The notes: generated by a model from the letters alone, not told the origin. A stretch of 64,000 nt of DNA from Octopus vulgaris (GCA_951406725.2 OX597816.1:172732001-172796000); one strand, 5' to 3'. Counted from the first letter of the stretch, positions 1 through 13,568 are shown. Made by a program: numbers and translations.

Positions 1-552
1 GTGTGTGTGTGCAAGTACTGCTAACATGTACTCCAGTAAAACCATTACATGATCAGGTCCGATTGTTTACTTCGGGTTTTCAGTGAACATAACATCCTTT
101 GGTTGATAGGTCAACAATAAGTCGTGGTTGCTCTGATTTCGTTGTAGTCCTTTGCACATGGTTAATGTGATACGTTAAAAAGAAATTAATTTAAATTTCT
201 TTGATATCACAAAGGGGATGTTGGTCATGTTTTGTAAACTTTTTAGAGAAATGTTATAAGAGTGAAGGTCTTTAAATGCTATAGGTTTTTTGGTATGTGT
301 ATTTAAGGACGTGAGTTCTGAGATCTGATAATACTTCATATTTCCCGAAAGACTATGGAATGTAATTCCTATCAGAGTTTCTGGGAAGAGGTATAATGTA
401 CAGAGACTTTTATTTGTGGTTAAGGTCTTCGACTTGGGTTCCTCATTCAGTAAATAATTTTGTAATCTCTCCATTCGGTAGCTAAGGTCTGGGCTGTGGG
501 CAGTAGTACAGCCTGGTCAGAAATCAAAGAATTTTCAGTGTCAGTATTACTA

Positions 553-835
553 TCAGATCTCTGAAAGTAAAGGTACCAAACCATTGACCCATTGAGCTCC
601 CATGTTCATATTTTGAAGTGTTTCTCTGTTGGGATAAGGTAAGGTGTTTGTTCGGGAATTCTCGTTCCTCAACGGAGGGCATCGAATTTTGTGACTTTCT
701 ATGACATTGTCAATCGCCCAGTTGTACATGGCGTCCAGGTCTCGCCAGAGGGCGTAGACATCGTTAAGTGTCCTTATCTCTAGCATCACTTTTGTGTCGT
801 CTGCATAATTGTTGAATATGGTCGATTGTATGTTT
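553..835 (-). mobile_element. Degenerate CR1/L2-type LINE reverse transcriptase fragment
   Basis: Extending ORF 553-789 upstream on the minus strand gives ...FNNYADDTKVMLEIRTLNDVYALWRDLDAMYNWAIDN. This is the YADDTK catalytic motif followed by an LxxDLDxxxxW helix typical of CR1/L2 RTs. Confidence 0.75.
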
Positions 836-1701
836 TTGTATTATCCGTTGTTGTTCTAATGTTTGTTGGGTGATTCTAAAAAGATTGCAGTCATTTCTTG
901 TTTGTAATGCGATTATGTTTTCTCACATCAAGTGATTTCGAGAAAGTTTGATTTGAGCATGTGATAATTGTTGAGGGGCAGTAGGATGAAATATAATTTA
1001 ATATCAGTCTTCTTCAGAAATTGATTTCGTTTTCTTTATTCATTATTTAGCCCTTTTTTTTTCCATGAAAATATATTTTTCGTTTGGTCAATATTCATTC
1101 ACTTCATCTTCCCCCATTATTTAGCTGTTTTTCTTCTTTGTAGATGAGAGAACTTTATTGAAATATTTCCTCTTTTTTAGTGAACATCTACAACAGATAG
1201 GACCGTATTGTAATTCATAGGGATTTGGTTGGGATTGTCCTGGTTTTTCAGATTCTATGTTGTCTATAATGTTGCTATGTTTATGACAGTGTGTGCTTTC
1301 GAGAAAATTTGGCTGTTTAGGTTGGGGAGGGGATTTTCTAAAGACATGTACACTTCTCCCACATTAGAATACTTAGCATTGATTCTGCAAGGACTTACTA
1401 CTTTCATATCCCCTTAGTTATTTCCTCCTTGTAGTGGTACATTATTGACTCATTGCTCTTGATTAAGGATATTTTTGCTTAGTATCTCTTTTCAGCAAGT
1501 AAATATTTACTTTACTATTTCTTCATTATTTAGACAGTTCTTTCGACTGTGTGGATAAACGCTTTTGATTGACAAAATTCCCCAACTTCACAAATGCACT
1601 TTTTTATTATTATTTTAGTAACACTGTATAGAAATATTGTTATACATGGCGATGGTCATCTTTTGCCAATTAAACACACGCACTATTTATTTGATCTCCA
1701 C

Positions 1702-1703
<2 letters not shown>

Positions 1704-1775
<72 letters not shown>

Positions 1776-1786
1776 CATCATTATTA

Positions 1787-1849
<63 letters not shown>
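1704..1849. repeat. (ATT)n microsatellite
   Basis: Seen directly; it is the source of the poly-I and poly-L ORFs. Confidence 0.95.
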
Positions 1850-2074
1850 GCTATTTGTCAGAGTTCTTCCGCCGTACATTCTGTGACCTCTTCAACGACA
1901 CTCGGTCCCATGTGTTTCCTCTTTTCTGCTTGTTCCATTTTATATGGAGACATATAAACGTATTTGTGAAGAGACAACGTCAGATTTATTTGCAGACTTG
2001 AGATAAAACAGAGTTAAGAGGAGGCAAACAGTTAGCAATACACACGTCAAACACTTAAATGATTAATGACTGCA

Positions 2075-2657
2075 AAGGCGAGCTGGCAGAAACGTTAGCA
2101 CGCCAGGCGAAATGCGTAGCCGTATTTCGTCTGCCGTTACGTTCTGATTTCAAATTCCGCCGAGGTCGACTTTGCGTTTCATCCTTTTGGGGTCGATAAA
2201 TTAAGTACCCTGTTACGCACTGGGGTCGATATAATCGACTTAATCCCATTGTCTGTCCTTGTTTGTCCTCTGTGTATTTAGCCCCTTGTGGGTAGTAAAG
2301 AAATAGAAATGGGTATTTCGTCTGCTGTTACGTTTGAGTTCAAATTCCGCCGAGGTCGACTTTGCCTTTCATCCTTTCGGGGTCGATAAATTAAGTACCA
2401 GTTACGCACTGGGGTCGATTCGACTTAATCCGTTTGTCTGTCCTTGTTTGTCCTCTTTGTATTTAGCCCCTTGTGGGTAGTAAAGAAATAGGTATTTCGC
2501 CTGTCTTTATGTTCTGAGTTCAAATTCCACCAAGGTCGACTTTACTGTTCATCCTTTCGGGGTCGATAAATTAAGCACTAGTGGCGTACTGGAGTCGATC
2601 TAATCGACTGCTCCCTCCCCAAAAGATTTCGGGGTTTGTGCCTAGAGTAGAAAAGAT
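2075..2657 (+). mobile_element. SINE family A, tandem cluster (one full copy plus two 5'-truncated reiterations)
   Basis: Head GGCGAGCTGGCAGAAACGTTAGC with B-box-like GTTCAAATTCC. The central GTCGACTTTGCCTTTCATCCTTTCGGGGTCGATAAA block occurs three times and resembles the Meta/MESC SINE domain (from recall). More than 10 related copies lie elsewhere in the window. Confidence 0.85.
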
Positions 2658-2771
2658 TAATGAATGCACAGATAAAAATGAATCCAAATAGGACAGAAAT
2701 ACAAACATGTATTAATTAATCATGTCTGTCGCATATATATGAATTATATTATACCGTGTGTGTGTGTGTAC

Positions 2772-2811
<40 letters not shown>

Positions 2812-3053
2812 TTAATCCAAACATGAAAACACAAAGAGAAAACACAACAACGCGTGTGTGTGTGTATGTATGTATGTATCTGTGTGTGTATGTTAGAGCG
2901 CATTGTGACTTTAAGCAAAGCTCTTCCTTCCTCGTTGCTCCAGTCTTTTCAGCTGTAATAAGTATCAACCGAGTGCTGGTGCAAAGACGTCTTTCTTCGT
3001 CTCTCACAACTTGGCTGATCCAATGGCTGAAGCGTGAGAACGTCGAGAGTGTG

Positions 3054-3467
3054 TTAATATCTGATAGCCACTACCTGCTCACCTAACACAGTTAAAGGCC
3101 AGACAGCAAGATGAGTTTTTCCACTCTTCAGCGATCGGCCCCTCATCTTGGATGCCACGTACTGTGACACCTCCAACAGCAACCAAGCGGGTTCAGCTGC
3201 CAGCCCGGGCTTCGCTGCTCGTCAGGTCGAGAAACTTTCAAAGTTTCGGCTGCTCTCAAACAGATTTGTGGACGAGCCGGTGGTAGGGAGACCTCCGGCG
3301 TTCTTGGCTCACGGACTGTATCCGTCCTCACTGCTATCAGGGCGGAGATGGCTATCCGCAAGCGAGAATCTCATGAGTTGGAGTGGCGGTTCCAGCGTGT
3401 CACCCATGCCACCTTTAGGGTCAATGCCTTTTTTATTTTGCTCGTCGGGACCATGAGGCAGACTCAT
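3054..3467 (-). pseudogene. Decayed 138-codon ORF in a GC-richer island, origin unknown (possibly TE-derived)
   Basis: ATG at 3467 begins MSLPHGPDEQNKKGIDPKGG...PAWLLLEVSQYVASKMRG..., ending TAA at 3054. It is interrupted by only two TGA codons. No recognisable domain. Confidence 0.3.
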
Positions 3468-3668
3468 AAGTCCTTGTATTTATAGCTGTTGTATCTATCT
3501 TTCCTTGTCTATATAATATGTGTAAATGTATGTGTACTGAAGATGTATAAATGCACAATTAACAAAAGCAACATAAATGTTTTGTTACAAAGACATAATT
3601 GTTTGTCCTGATAACATTGTTCGTTTTCTTTTCATTTTCTTTTATTTATCTTTTTTTTTATATACATG

Positions 3669-4051
3669 TGGAAGCACTCCGTCGGTTACGACGACGAGGG
3701 TTCCGGATGATCCGAATCAACGGAACAGCCTGCTCGTGAAATTAACGTGTAAGTGGCTGAGCACTCCACAGTCACTTGTACCCTTAACGTAGTTCTCGGG
3801 GATATTCAGCGTGACACAGAGAGTGACAAGGCCGGCCCTTTGAAATACAGGTACAACAGAAACAGGAAGTAAGAGTGAGAGAAAGTTGTGGTGAAAGAGT
3901 ACAGCAGGGATCACCACCATCCCCTGCTGGAGCCTCGTGGAGCTTTTTAGGTGTTTTCGCTCAATAAACACTCACAACGCCCGGTCTGGGAATCGAAACC
4001 GCGATCCTATGACCGCGAGTCTGCTGCCCTAACCACTGGGCCATTGCGCCT
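3669..4051 (-). mobile_element. SINE family C (tRNA-derived), full length
   Basis: On the minus strand the head has A box TGGCCCAGTGG and B box GGTTTCGATTCC, and the 3' end is CGGAGTGCTTCCA. Near-identical copies at 10586, 53227 and 55389. Confidence 0.9.
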
Positions 4052-4849
4052 ACACTTTACATACATACTTTGTCTCAGATCGTTTTGCTTTATATATTTG
4101 CATATAATTTTTTGAAAGGAAAAATGCTTATCATTTTCTCTCGTGAAATTAATATTAAATATTTTAAAATAGATTATTTTAAAAAAAATAACGAGAAGTA
4201 AATAATTGTTTGCTGTTATTACATGAGTTTGCTGTTATTATTGTACTTGTGTAGACCCTCATCAACCGTGATTAAGTAGCCCTATGGCATTTCACTTGTG
4301 GCTATACAATGCATCATGTTTCTTCATCCCACTTTTTTTTTGTTTAAGACGGTCGGTGTATGCTTTTGTATAAGATGTATCTGTTATTTCTAGCAAGTCG
4401 CAAAACGACTTCATTTCTGGTGAAAATATTTCTAGAAATCATACTTTTGGAAATACCTGGAAAATTATGAATGTTTGCGACCGATATCCTTTCAAGTGTT
4501 AGGTGTATGGTACTTGAAATTGCATACTATACTGTATCTAGAGAAAGTCACTCCTTTATGTAATACAGATTTGAACCCGGCGCCCCAGGCTAGCGACCAT
4601 TGATCAAACCGCTCAACAAGTACATGATGTTGGATAATGTAGTATGAGATAAACAGTATTTAAAAAAACGGGATGGTCACAGCCGGAATGCCTTTGATCA
4701 TAGGTCAGCTCTACGGAGGCTGGAATCTGGGGATGAGAAGCAAAATCACTTGGTAATTAGACTTTAGCATGATCTTTCCAGGAATGAGCTTTGCATTCAC
4801 ATGGTACCTATTTATGGCTATGAGGACTGAGATAGATAGCAAGGGTTCC

Positions 4850-5231
4850 AGATTATCTTTGCGATTTCGGTTGGTTATACTCGAGATTGCGAGGATAATC
4901 TGGAACTCGACTGAGGAAAGAAAACTCCGAATGACCTGTCCTTGTTTTCTGTGTATCGTTTATCTGGATGTTTTGTTGTCGCTTTTTTTGTATCACCTAA
5001 TTGTCTGGATATTTTGCGTTCTTGTCCCATTTTGTATTTTTTTATATATAAAAACATATAGCAGCGTACGTAAACTTTGGTCTCCTGTATATATATATAT
5101 ATGTCCCTTTCTGTAGATGAGCGTAGGCTCGAAACCTAAAAGACTTTTCTATTCCTGAGCGTTATACTAATGCATCTGTTTGTTTTGTACACCACCTGTC
5201 TTCGTCTTTTGTTGTTTTTTTCGTAAACCCT

Positions 5232-5235
<4 letters not shown>
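4850..5235 (+). mobile_element. Penelope-like element remnant with a degenerate minimal hammerhead
   Basis: Distantly similar to 60620-61145. Contains CTTT-CTGTAGA-T-GAGC-GTAG-GCTC-GAAACCTA-AAAG at 5107-5142. Confidence 0.5.
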
Positions 5236-5265
<30 letters not shown>

Positions 5266-5387
5266 TAATATATATATATATTAATATAGACATGCATAGG
5301 CACACAAATATATGTTTTTGTGTGTGCGAGTCTATGCTTGCTTGTGTGTGTGTGTCTGTGCGTGTGTGTGTCTGTGTCTGTGTATGT

Positions 5388-5438
<51 letters not shown>

Positions 5439-5794
5439 AGTGTGAGTGTGTGCGTGCGTGTGTCTTTTCATACAGACCATGAAAAACAGGATGAATAATC
5501 CATATTCAAGCTCTAAATTAACAAACATTATCATACAGCAGATAAACAAATAATTGAAATGATGATAATACAGTTTCTTGTAGGGTTGGTCCGCAAGCCC
5601 TGGGGTTGGCCTGTGAGGGTTGAAGAAATCCACAAGAAATTACCACGTTAAATAAAATCAGATAAACCTTTGAAACTTTTTAAGATCGTAGAAACACTAA
5701 TTACATAACATGTAATTTCCATTTTGTTTTGTCATTGAGATAAGACTTACTTGGAAAAGGATGCGTGGCGTTCGATCATATGATAATATAAATA

Positions 5795-5950
5795 GGAGTG
5801 GCTGTGTGGTAAGTAGCTTGCTAACCAACCACATGGTTCCGGGTTCAGTCCCACTGCGTGACATCTTGGGCAAGTGTCTTCTGCTATAGCCCCGGGCCGA
5901 CTAATGCCTTGTGAGTGGATTTGGTAGACGGAAACTGAAAGAAGCCTGTC

Positions 5951-6003
<53 letters not shown>

Positions 6004-6213
6004 GTGTATGTTTGTGTGTTTGTCCCCCTAGCATTGCTTGACAACCGATGCTGGTGTGTTTGCGTCCCCGTCACTTAGCGGTTCGGCAAGGGAGACCGAT
6101 AGAATAAGTACTGGGCTTACAAAGAATAAGTCCCGGGGTTGATTTGCTCGACTAAGGGCGGTGCTCCAGCATGGCCGCAGTCAAATGACTGAAACAAGTA
6201 AAAGAGTAAAAGA
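5795..6213 (+). mobile_element. SINE family B (tRNA-derived, CORE-like, internal microsatellite)
   Basis: GGAGTGGCTGTGTGGTAAG...GGGTTCAGTCCC head, CORE-like TTGGGCAAGTGTCTT, internal (TA)n(TG)n and an AAAAGAGT-repeat tail; many copies. Probably related to the octopus OR-type SINEs (recall). Confidence 0.9.
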
Positions 6214-7039
6214 GTATATGCATATGTATTACGATGCGCCCTCTTCTAACTTTACTATCTCTTCTCTGTCTATCTCTCTCCCTCACTTGTTCTTCATCCT
6301 TTCTGGTTTTCTCTCCCACCCTTCCCTATTCTTCTCCTCTCCTCTTCACCGTTCCCTCTTTCTCTCCTCCTCGACTCTCTCGTCGCCGACACATGACGAA
6401 AGAGAATATTTCTGCCCACAACCTTCGTAAAGACAACAACGTGCTTATACTGTCTCCTTCATAAGATCGTCCTCCTAGCGTTCATAATAATTTTTCTATC
6501 GTCTTGGCTTAACAACCCTCAACGTTTGCTTTTACTGTTTTGTTCTCACTGTCCTGTTCTTGTTACCACTTTCACCCTCCGCAATAAATTTTATTTAATT
6601 TGCTTGCGGGAAGGACTGTTTCAACTAAGTCGCATCTTGTCCTTGCCTTCGAAATGTGGAGTGTTTGAAACAGGGACAACTGAAGAAGGCGAATATTCTT
6701 TATGTTGTATGTCTTGTTCCTCTGTTTGTTTTTTTCGTTATTCCAAAAAAGTTCATTTCTATGTTTTTGTTTTTATGTTTTCGTTTCTTGTGTTCAACGT
6801 TTTTTGATGTCCTGTGCCCATATATGCATGTATATATATACATATAGATGTAGGTATGTACATATTTGTATGTATATATGCATATGTTTATATATTATTT
6901 ATATTATTATATGATCGAACGCCACGCATCCGTTTCCATGTACGTTTTATCTCTCTCTTTCTCTATATGTGTGTGTGTGCATGTGTATGCGTGTGTGCGT
7001 CTGTGTGTATACACATAATTGTACACACACACACACACA

Positions 7040-7079
<40 letters not shown>

Positions 7080-7702
7080 CCAGCTGGTGAACCCGGTAAT
7101 TCCCGGGGTTAAAGATGTTCTATTGAAACGCATTGTTACTCTGATAGAAGAAAGCAATTTCGTTATAACTGCCACAAAAGGTGTATTTTCCGTCACGACA
7201 AAGTACAAAAAACTGTCAGCTAGAGGAGGGAGAAAGGGAGGTTGGCGAGAGAAGTTTTCGCAGGTTGGTGAGAAATATTGCCGGAGGTCGGCGAGAGGCA
7301 AAGACATTATTCTACTTAGCGAATGCATCTGGGAAATGTATAACTGCTATCATTGACAGAAAAACTATTGTTTTACCGTGAGAAAAGTACTGTTGAAGTG
7401 TTAAGTGAAATTTTGCAATCGAGAATCGAATCCACGCTATTTATCTACAGTGTAACTGTAAAAATGCAGTATTATCGGAGTAATGGGCATTCAAACAAGT
7501 ATGTATGTATAGAAATATTTGAATGAAGTCTTTAAGGAAGTGCAATAATAATGTTTAGCAGTTCAAAACTATGAGTAGTGAAATGCAGAATTAGGTCGGC
7601 TGCTCGTGAGAATCAAATATTGATCACTTCGTTAAAATATGCAGGTGGAATGGGTTATTTCCCGTGGGGTGTTTAAATAAAATATTAGTAATACGTAGTA
7701 GA
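7080..7702 (-). mobile_element. Possible non-autonomous Helitron (second family)
   Basis: The minus strand ends CCCGG-GAATTA-CCGGG hairpin, 8 nt, then CTGG|T (CTRR terminus). The candidate 5' end A|TCTACTA at 7702 is uncertain. Confidence 0.45.
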
Positions 7703-7868
7703 TAGAAGGATCCATTGGAAGGGCCCTATTATCGTTTTTTTCAACAATCTAAGTATGTCACGAGGTTTCCAGATATGAGTTCTACTCACGTGTCAATCTG
7801 ATATATATACATACATATATATATATCAGATAAATATTCATTATATATGAATGTGTGTTTGTAGGTGT

Positions 7869-7910
<42 letters not shown>

Positions 7911-9653
7911 GGTTGATTAGATAGATATTGATACAGACACATATACTCTCACACACATTGAATATAAGTGAAAACAAGGAAAAGATTAAAAAATAATAAA
8001 TAGAAAAATGTGCATATAAAATCTAAACCGTTCTAATCACGGATATTTAATATTTGATACAAACACATATCGATGGCATTCACAAATCGATGAGATTGAT
8101 GCCAGTAACATTATATCGATATTGACTTCAATTGAATGGCTGCAGGAAAGTGATGCACTGGGTGGTGGGACGCTTTTCTGAGAAAGGAAGTATTGGGTAC
8201 AGAGAGTGTATGGGATTTAGGAAGGGGCCTGACACGTTTCGTATAATCCCATATTTATTGTGTTTAGAATCTTCGTTGCTTCGGTGAAAATACTTAGCAG
8301 TATTTCTTTCAGCTCTTTACGTTCTGAGTTCATATAGTGCTGAAATTAACCCTTGCCGTTCATCCTTTCGGGGGCTCGATAAAATAAAGTACCAGACAAG
8401 CACTAGGGTCGATGTATAGGATTTAATGAAGAAAGAAGTGATGTCCGAGCCAGGAGCAGCTGAATGGACGTGGCACTGGAAGAGACAATCCCGAGAGACA
8501 ATGCTTTGGTCACAGTATTAGAGGTAGAAAAGGCAGAAAGGGGAAAGAGCTCGTTTGTATTTTAGTGGTTAGGATAGTGTTTCCCAATCAATTTTCCCCT
8601 AGGCTCCACAATAACTTTCCAGAAAAACGCATGCCTCATGGTGGTTGGGAAAAACAACTTTATTTTTAGTATTTCATAGTTACATACTTTCCTTAAAGAA
8701 ATAGTCATACTAGGGCATTAGAATTGCACTAAACTGTCTGTTTTCACACAGTATGCTTGACTGGAAGGATTGGTTTGGCTAGGCTGAGTAGAGGCGTTGT
8801 ATGTTGGCTGTTAAGAAAAGATTTTTTACAGTTCCACGTTCTACTAAAAAAATCATTGAAAAATGTTGGATCCCAGGTCCCATCACAATCTTCCCATGTT
8901 CCACGTTGGGAATCACTCCGTTAGTCAGTCAGTCAAATGGTCTTGTTTGAGTGGTTTAAAAAGTTTCTGTGTGTAACAGCAACGTCTGCTTGACGTGAAA
9001 GTTGCACTGCATTGTAAGTATTACTTGAGCTTTGTTGTGGCTTCATAGTTGTTTGTAGAAGTAGCGTTTGGTTTTGAAAAGGTGATACAGCTTTCGTTAT
9101 GTTGAAGATATGCGTTCGTGTTTCAAGCAATCTTTAGATTTCTAGTTGCTTAAGGATCGGGTAGGGGAATGGTAATATTTTCTTGATATATGCAGTAATA
9201 GCACATCTTTTGCTGCTGCTGAAGGACAAAAGGGGTTTATATTACTCCAATGAGCATTGATTTCAAGAATAGAGTACTTTCGAGGATTATATTCTGGTAA
9301 TCAATGCTGATTTGGTGTAAGGTGTCTAAATTGAACGCGAATGACTAGTAGGATAGGAATAGAAACACTCTGCCCAAAACGTACAAAGTATGGATTCTTG
9401 ATAAGGAAAACATCAGTATGGCAGAGAAATTTCCAATGGGACTGGATCCGTTTTAAAAGACCCAACTCCTAAAATTCTTAAGCGTTCTTTAAGGTAAGAC
9501 GGACCGCCCCAGCAACAGCAGAATTACATATGCATTTATTTGTATTTGTTTTGCGGGTAATACTTTTAATAAATATAATTCTGCTTTATTGTTGCTCTGC
9601 TTCCAGGTTATCATACACTGACACACACACACACACCCGAACGCACACACACG

Positions 9654-9708
<55 letters not shown>

Positions 9709-10003
9709 GCACACACACACACACACACACATATATATACCCCCCCCTGTTTTGCAACCATTTTCACCTGACACGTTTTGTATAATCCCATATCTGTTAT
9801 TGCTAGAATCTTTGGTGCATCGGCGAAAATTTTTGTCGGTATTTCTTCAGCCTCTTTATGTTCTGAGTTCAAATTCCACCGACATCGACTTTGCCTTTCG
9901 TCTTTTGCGAGGCGATAAAACAATCAACTTACTCTGCCCACCCTTAATGTTGCTGGCACTGTGCCAAAATTTGAAACTATCACTTTTATTATTAATTTCA
10001 AAA

Positions 10004-10250
<247 letters not shown>

Positions 10251-10530
10251 AAGGCGGCTAGCTGGCAGGAAGGCTAGCACGTCGAACAAAATGCCGCTAA
10301 GCATTTTGTTCGTCTTTACGTTCTGAATTGAAATTAAGGCGGCGAGCTGGCAGAAACGTTAGCACGACGGGCGAAATGCGTAGCCATATTTCGTCTGTCG
10401 CTACGTTCTGAGTTCAAATTCCACTGAGGTTGACTTTGCATTTCATCCTTTACAGGTCAATAAAATAAGTACCGGTCGAGGAATGGGGGTCGATGCAATC
10501 GACTAATCCCCTGCCCGAAAATTGCTGGAC
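10251..10530 (+). mobile_element. SINE family A, partial copy plus diverged full copy
   Basis: Two successive AAGGCGGC(T/G)AGCTGGCAG heads at about 10251 and 10336. Confidence 0.8.
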
Positions 10531-10585
10531 TTTAACCAAAAGTTTGCTACCGATATACATATACATGAAGTCTATAATAACTACA

Positions 10586-10937
10586 AGCGGACTCGCGGTC
10601 ATAGGATCGCGGTTTCGATTCCCAGACCGGGCGTTGTGAGTGTTTATTGAGCGAAAACACCAAAAAGCTCCACGAGGCTCCGGCGGGGGCTGGTGGTGAT
10701 CCCTGCTGTACTCTTTCACCACAACTTTCTCTCACTCTTCCTGTTTCTGTTGTACCTGTATTTCAAAGGGCCGGCCTTGTCACTCTCTGTGTCACGCTGA
10801 ATATCCCCGAGAACTACGTTAAGGGTACACGTGTCTGTGGAGTGCTCAGCCACTTACACGTTAATTTCACGAGCAGGCTGTTCCGTTGATTCGGATCATC
10901 CGGAACCCTCGTCGTCGTAACCGACGGAGTGCTTCCA
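10586..10937 (+). mobile_element. SINE family C, 5'-truncated, with TSD
   Basis: Matches 3669-4051. Flanked by direct repeat AATAACTACA (10576-10585 and 10941-10950). Confidence 0.9.
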
Positions 10938-11527
10938 AAAAATAACTACATAATTTTTTAAAGATCATACTTGGAAATTTTCAGTCTCGTAACAGGCAAA
11001 ATTTAAAGAAGACATTTATAAGTCTCAGGGTTTTAAGAGAGAAGATATCATTTACGAGAAATGTGCCATACTAGAAACAAACAACATGCAGTCTTGTATG
11101 GGCAGGCGTTGCACGAGACAAACACGATGGGAATTTGAAGGAGTTGTTCCGTCATAAATGTTCTTTATGCTCATTGCTTTCCCTTCAAATGGGAATCCTG
11201 CACTAACTCACTTTATCTGGGATGTATTAATGAAATTACTCCAAGTCAATGATGTGATTGAAAAGGCGGAGTTACTGGCACCAGATTTTATTAGTTCACT
11301 ATTATTGATGGTGGAGATTATCGGTTAATTATGTATCAGTTTGTTATTAGTCCAGATTATCAGTTCATTATTATTAATGGTGGAATACTGATTCTCAGTC
11401 TAGTTTCAGTTTGAATTACACCACTTCTTGTGAACGATATCTTCAACCGTCATGTAAATATACTGACGCGCAAAAACATGCTCAGAGTGGAAAGGAAACA
11501 ATGAATAAATAAAATTCAGATGTAACA

Positions 11528-11952
11528 AGGCGCAGGAGTGGCTGTGTGGTAAGTAGCTTGCCTACCAACCACATGATTCCGGGTTCAGTCCCACTGCGAG
11601 GCATCTTGGGCAAGTGTCTTCTGCTATAGCCCCGGGCCGACCAATGCCTTGTGAGTGGATTTGGTAGACGGAAACTGTAAGAAGCCCGTCGTATATATGT
11701 ATGTATATATATATATATATGTGCGTGTGTGTGTTTGTGTATCTGTGTTTGTCCCTCTAGCATTGCTTGACGACCGATGTTGGTGTGTTTATGTCCCCGT
11801 CACTTAGCGGTTCGGCAAAAGAGACCGATAGAATAAGTACTGGGCTTACAAAAGAACAAGTCCCGGGGTCAAGTTGCTCGACTAAAGGCGGTGCTCTAGC
11901 ATGGCCGCAGTCAAATGACTGAAACAAGTAAAAAGAGTAAAAGAGTAAAAGA
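11528..11952 (+). mobile_element. SINE family B, full length
   Basis: Near-identical to 5795-6213. Confidence 0.9.
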
Positions 11953-12635
11953 GAGAGAGAGAGTATCTGTTTTCAAGTCGACTGACAGTGCATAGCATTT
12001 CTAGGTTCTTCACAAATTTTGAATCCCTTGTATAGTTTGTAAAAGCATTTTCTAAATGTATCCGAAATTGCGAGGAAGTGACCTGAAGTACTGTGCTCTC
12101 GAAGCCACCCTCTGAGGTACATCTGAAATGTGACAGGCTGACCCAGGTGACGAAACTGCAATGGACTGCAGGCAGCCTACATATTGCTTGAGTTGCGCCT
12201 CCATGGCCAGTCTGTGTGGCATTGCCCTCTTCCGCCAGTTTAGCTGTTTAGATGATAAACCTTCATCTAGCTGTTCTGCTGTTGGGGAATGTGTGTGCGT
12301 GCGCGCGCGCGTGTGTGTATGTGTGTTTGTGCTTGTGTATTTGCCAAAACCTCTCTAAGTTGTTCTAAGTTTTATATATATATATGTATGTATATATATA
12401 TCAGCAGATAGTTAGACTTTGGGCATAATAGCAGTATGCTGATTAAAGCGCTCTCACTGTTTAAGCTGAATGATATCATTCACAGTGTTGATATGTGTCA
12501 CTGGATCTATCTTAGGAATTCCACAGAGTTCGTTGACGTTCTAATTAATGAGGGAAACGGAAAGTGGAAATCACAAGAATCTTTATAAAGATTCTCGTAA
12601 ATTCCAGCTTTCGTTTCTCACATCAGCCATATGAA

Positions 12636-13406
12636 TGTATGTATGCATGTATGTATGTATGTATGTATGTCTGTATGTATGTGTGTGTGTATGTATGTAT
12701 GTATGTATGTATGCATGTATGTATGTATGTATGTGTGTATGTATGTATGTATGTATGTATGTGTGTGTATGTATGTATGTATGTATGTATGTATGTATGT
12801 ATGTATGTGTGTGTATGTATGTATGTATGTATGTATGTATGTATGTATGTATGTATGTATGTATGTATGTATGTATGTATGTGTGTGTGTATGTATGTAT
12901 GTATGTATGTATGTATGTATGTATGCATGTATGTATGTATGTATGTATGTATGTATGTATGTATGTGTGTGTATGTATGTATGTATGTATGTATGTATGT
13001 ATGTATGTATGTATGTATGTATGTATGTATGTGTGTGTATGTATGTATGTATGTATGTATGTATGTATGTATGTATGTATGTATGTATGTATGTATGTAT
13101 GTATGTATGTATGTATGTATGTATGTATGTATGTATGTATGTATGTATGTATGTATGTATGTATGTATGTGTGTGTATGTATGTATGTATGTATGTATGT
13201 ATGTATGTATGCATGCATGTATGTATGTATGTATGTATGTATGTGTGTGTATGTATGTATGTATGTATGTATGTATGTATGTATGTATGTATGTATGTAT
13301 GTATGTATGTATGTATGTATGTATGTGTGTGTGTGTATGTATGTATGTATGTATGTATGTATGTATGTATGTATGCATGTATGTATGTATGTATGTATGT
13401 ATGTAT
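12636..13406. repeat. Long (TATG)n tetranucleotide array
   Basis: About 770 bp, seen directly; it produces the MYVC/HTYI ORFs in all six frames. Confidence 0.97.
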
Positions 13407-13568
13407 ACAAACAAATAAGCGCAAAAGAAAAAGATTTCTTTTCCCCGTATTTATAATTTTCACCTTACAAGGTATTTTAATATGCTGGCCACTGCTAAGA
13501 TTTTTTTAAAAATATATATGTATAAGTGTGTATGCATCTATGTATCTATGTAGGTATATATGCTTCTA

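Noticed and set aside
3990-4051. tRNA-like sequence with A and B boxes
   Set aside because: It is the head of a multi-copy SINE, continues into the SINE body and has no proper acceptor stem.
8430-9480. Unique segment with LINE-like strand asymmetry
   Set aside because: Too decayed; no RT or endonuclease motif could be read.
12564-13509. Six long ORFs of 260-290 aa
   Set aside because: They are translations of (TATG)n, which has no stop in any frame. The same applies to the poly-YI, HT, N, I and ER ORFs throughout the window.
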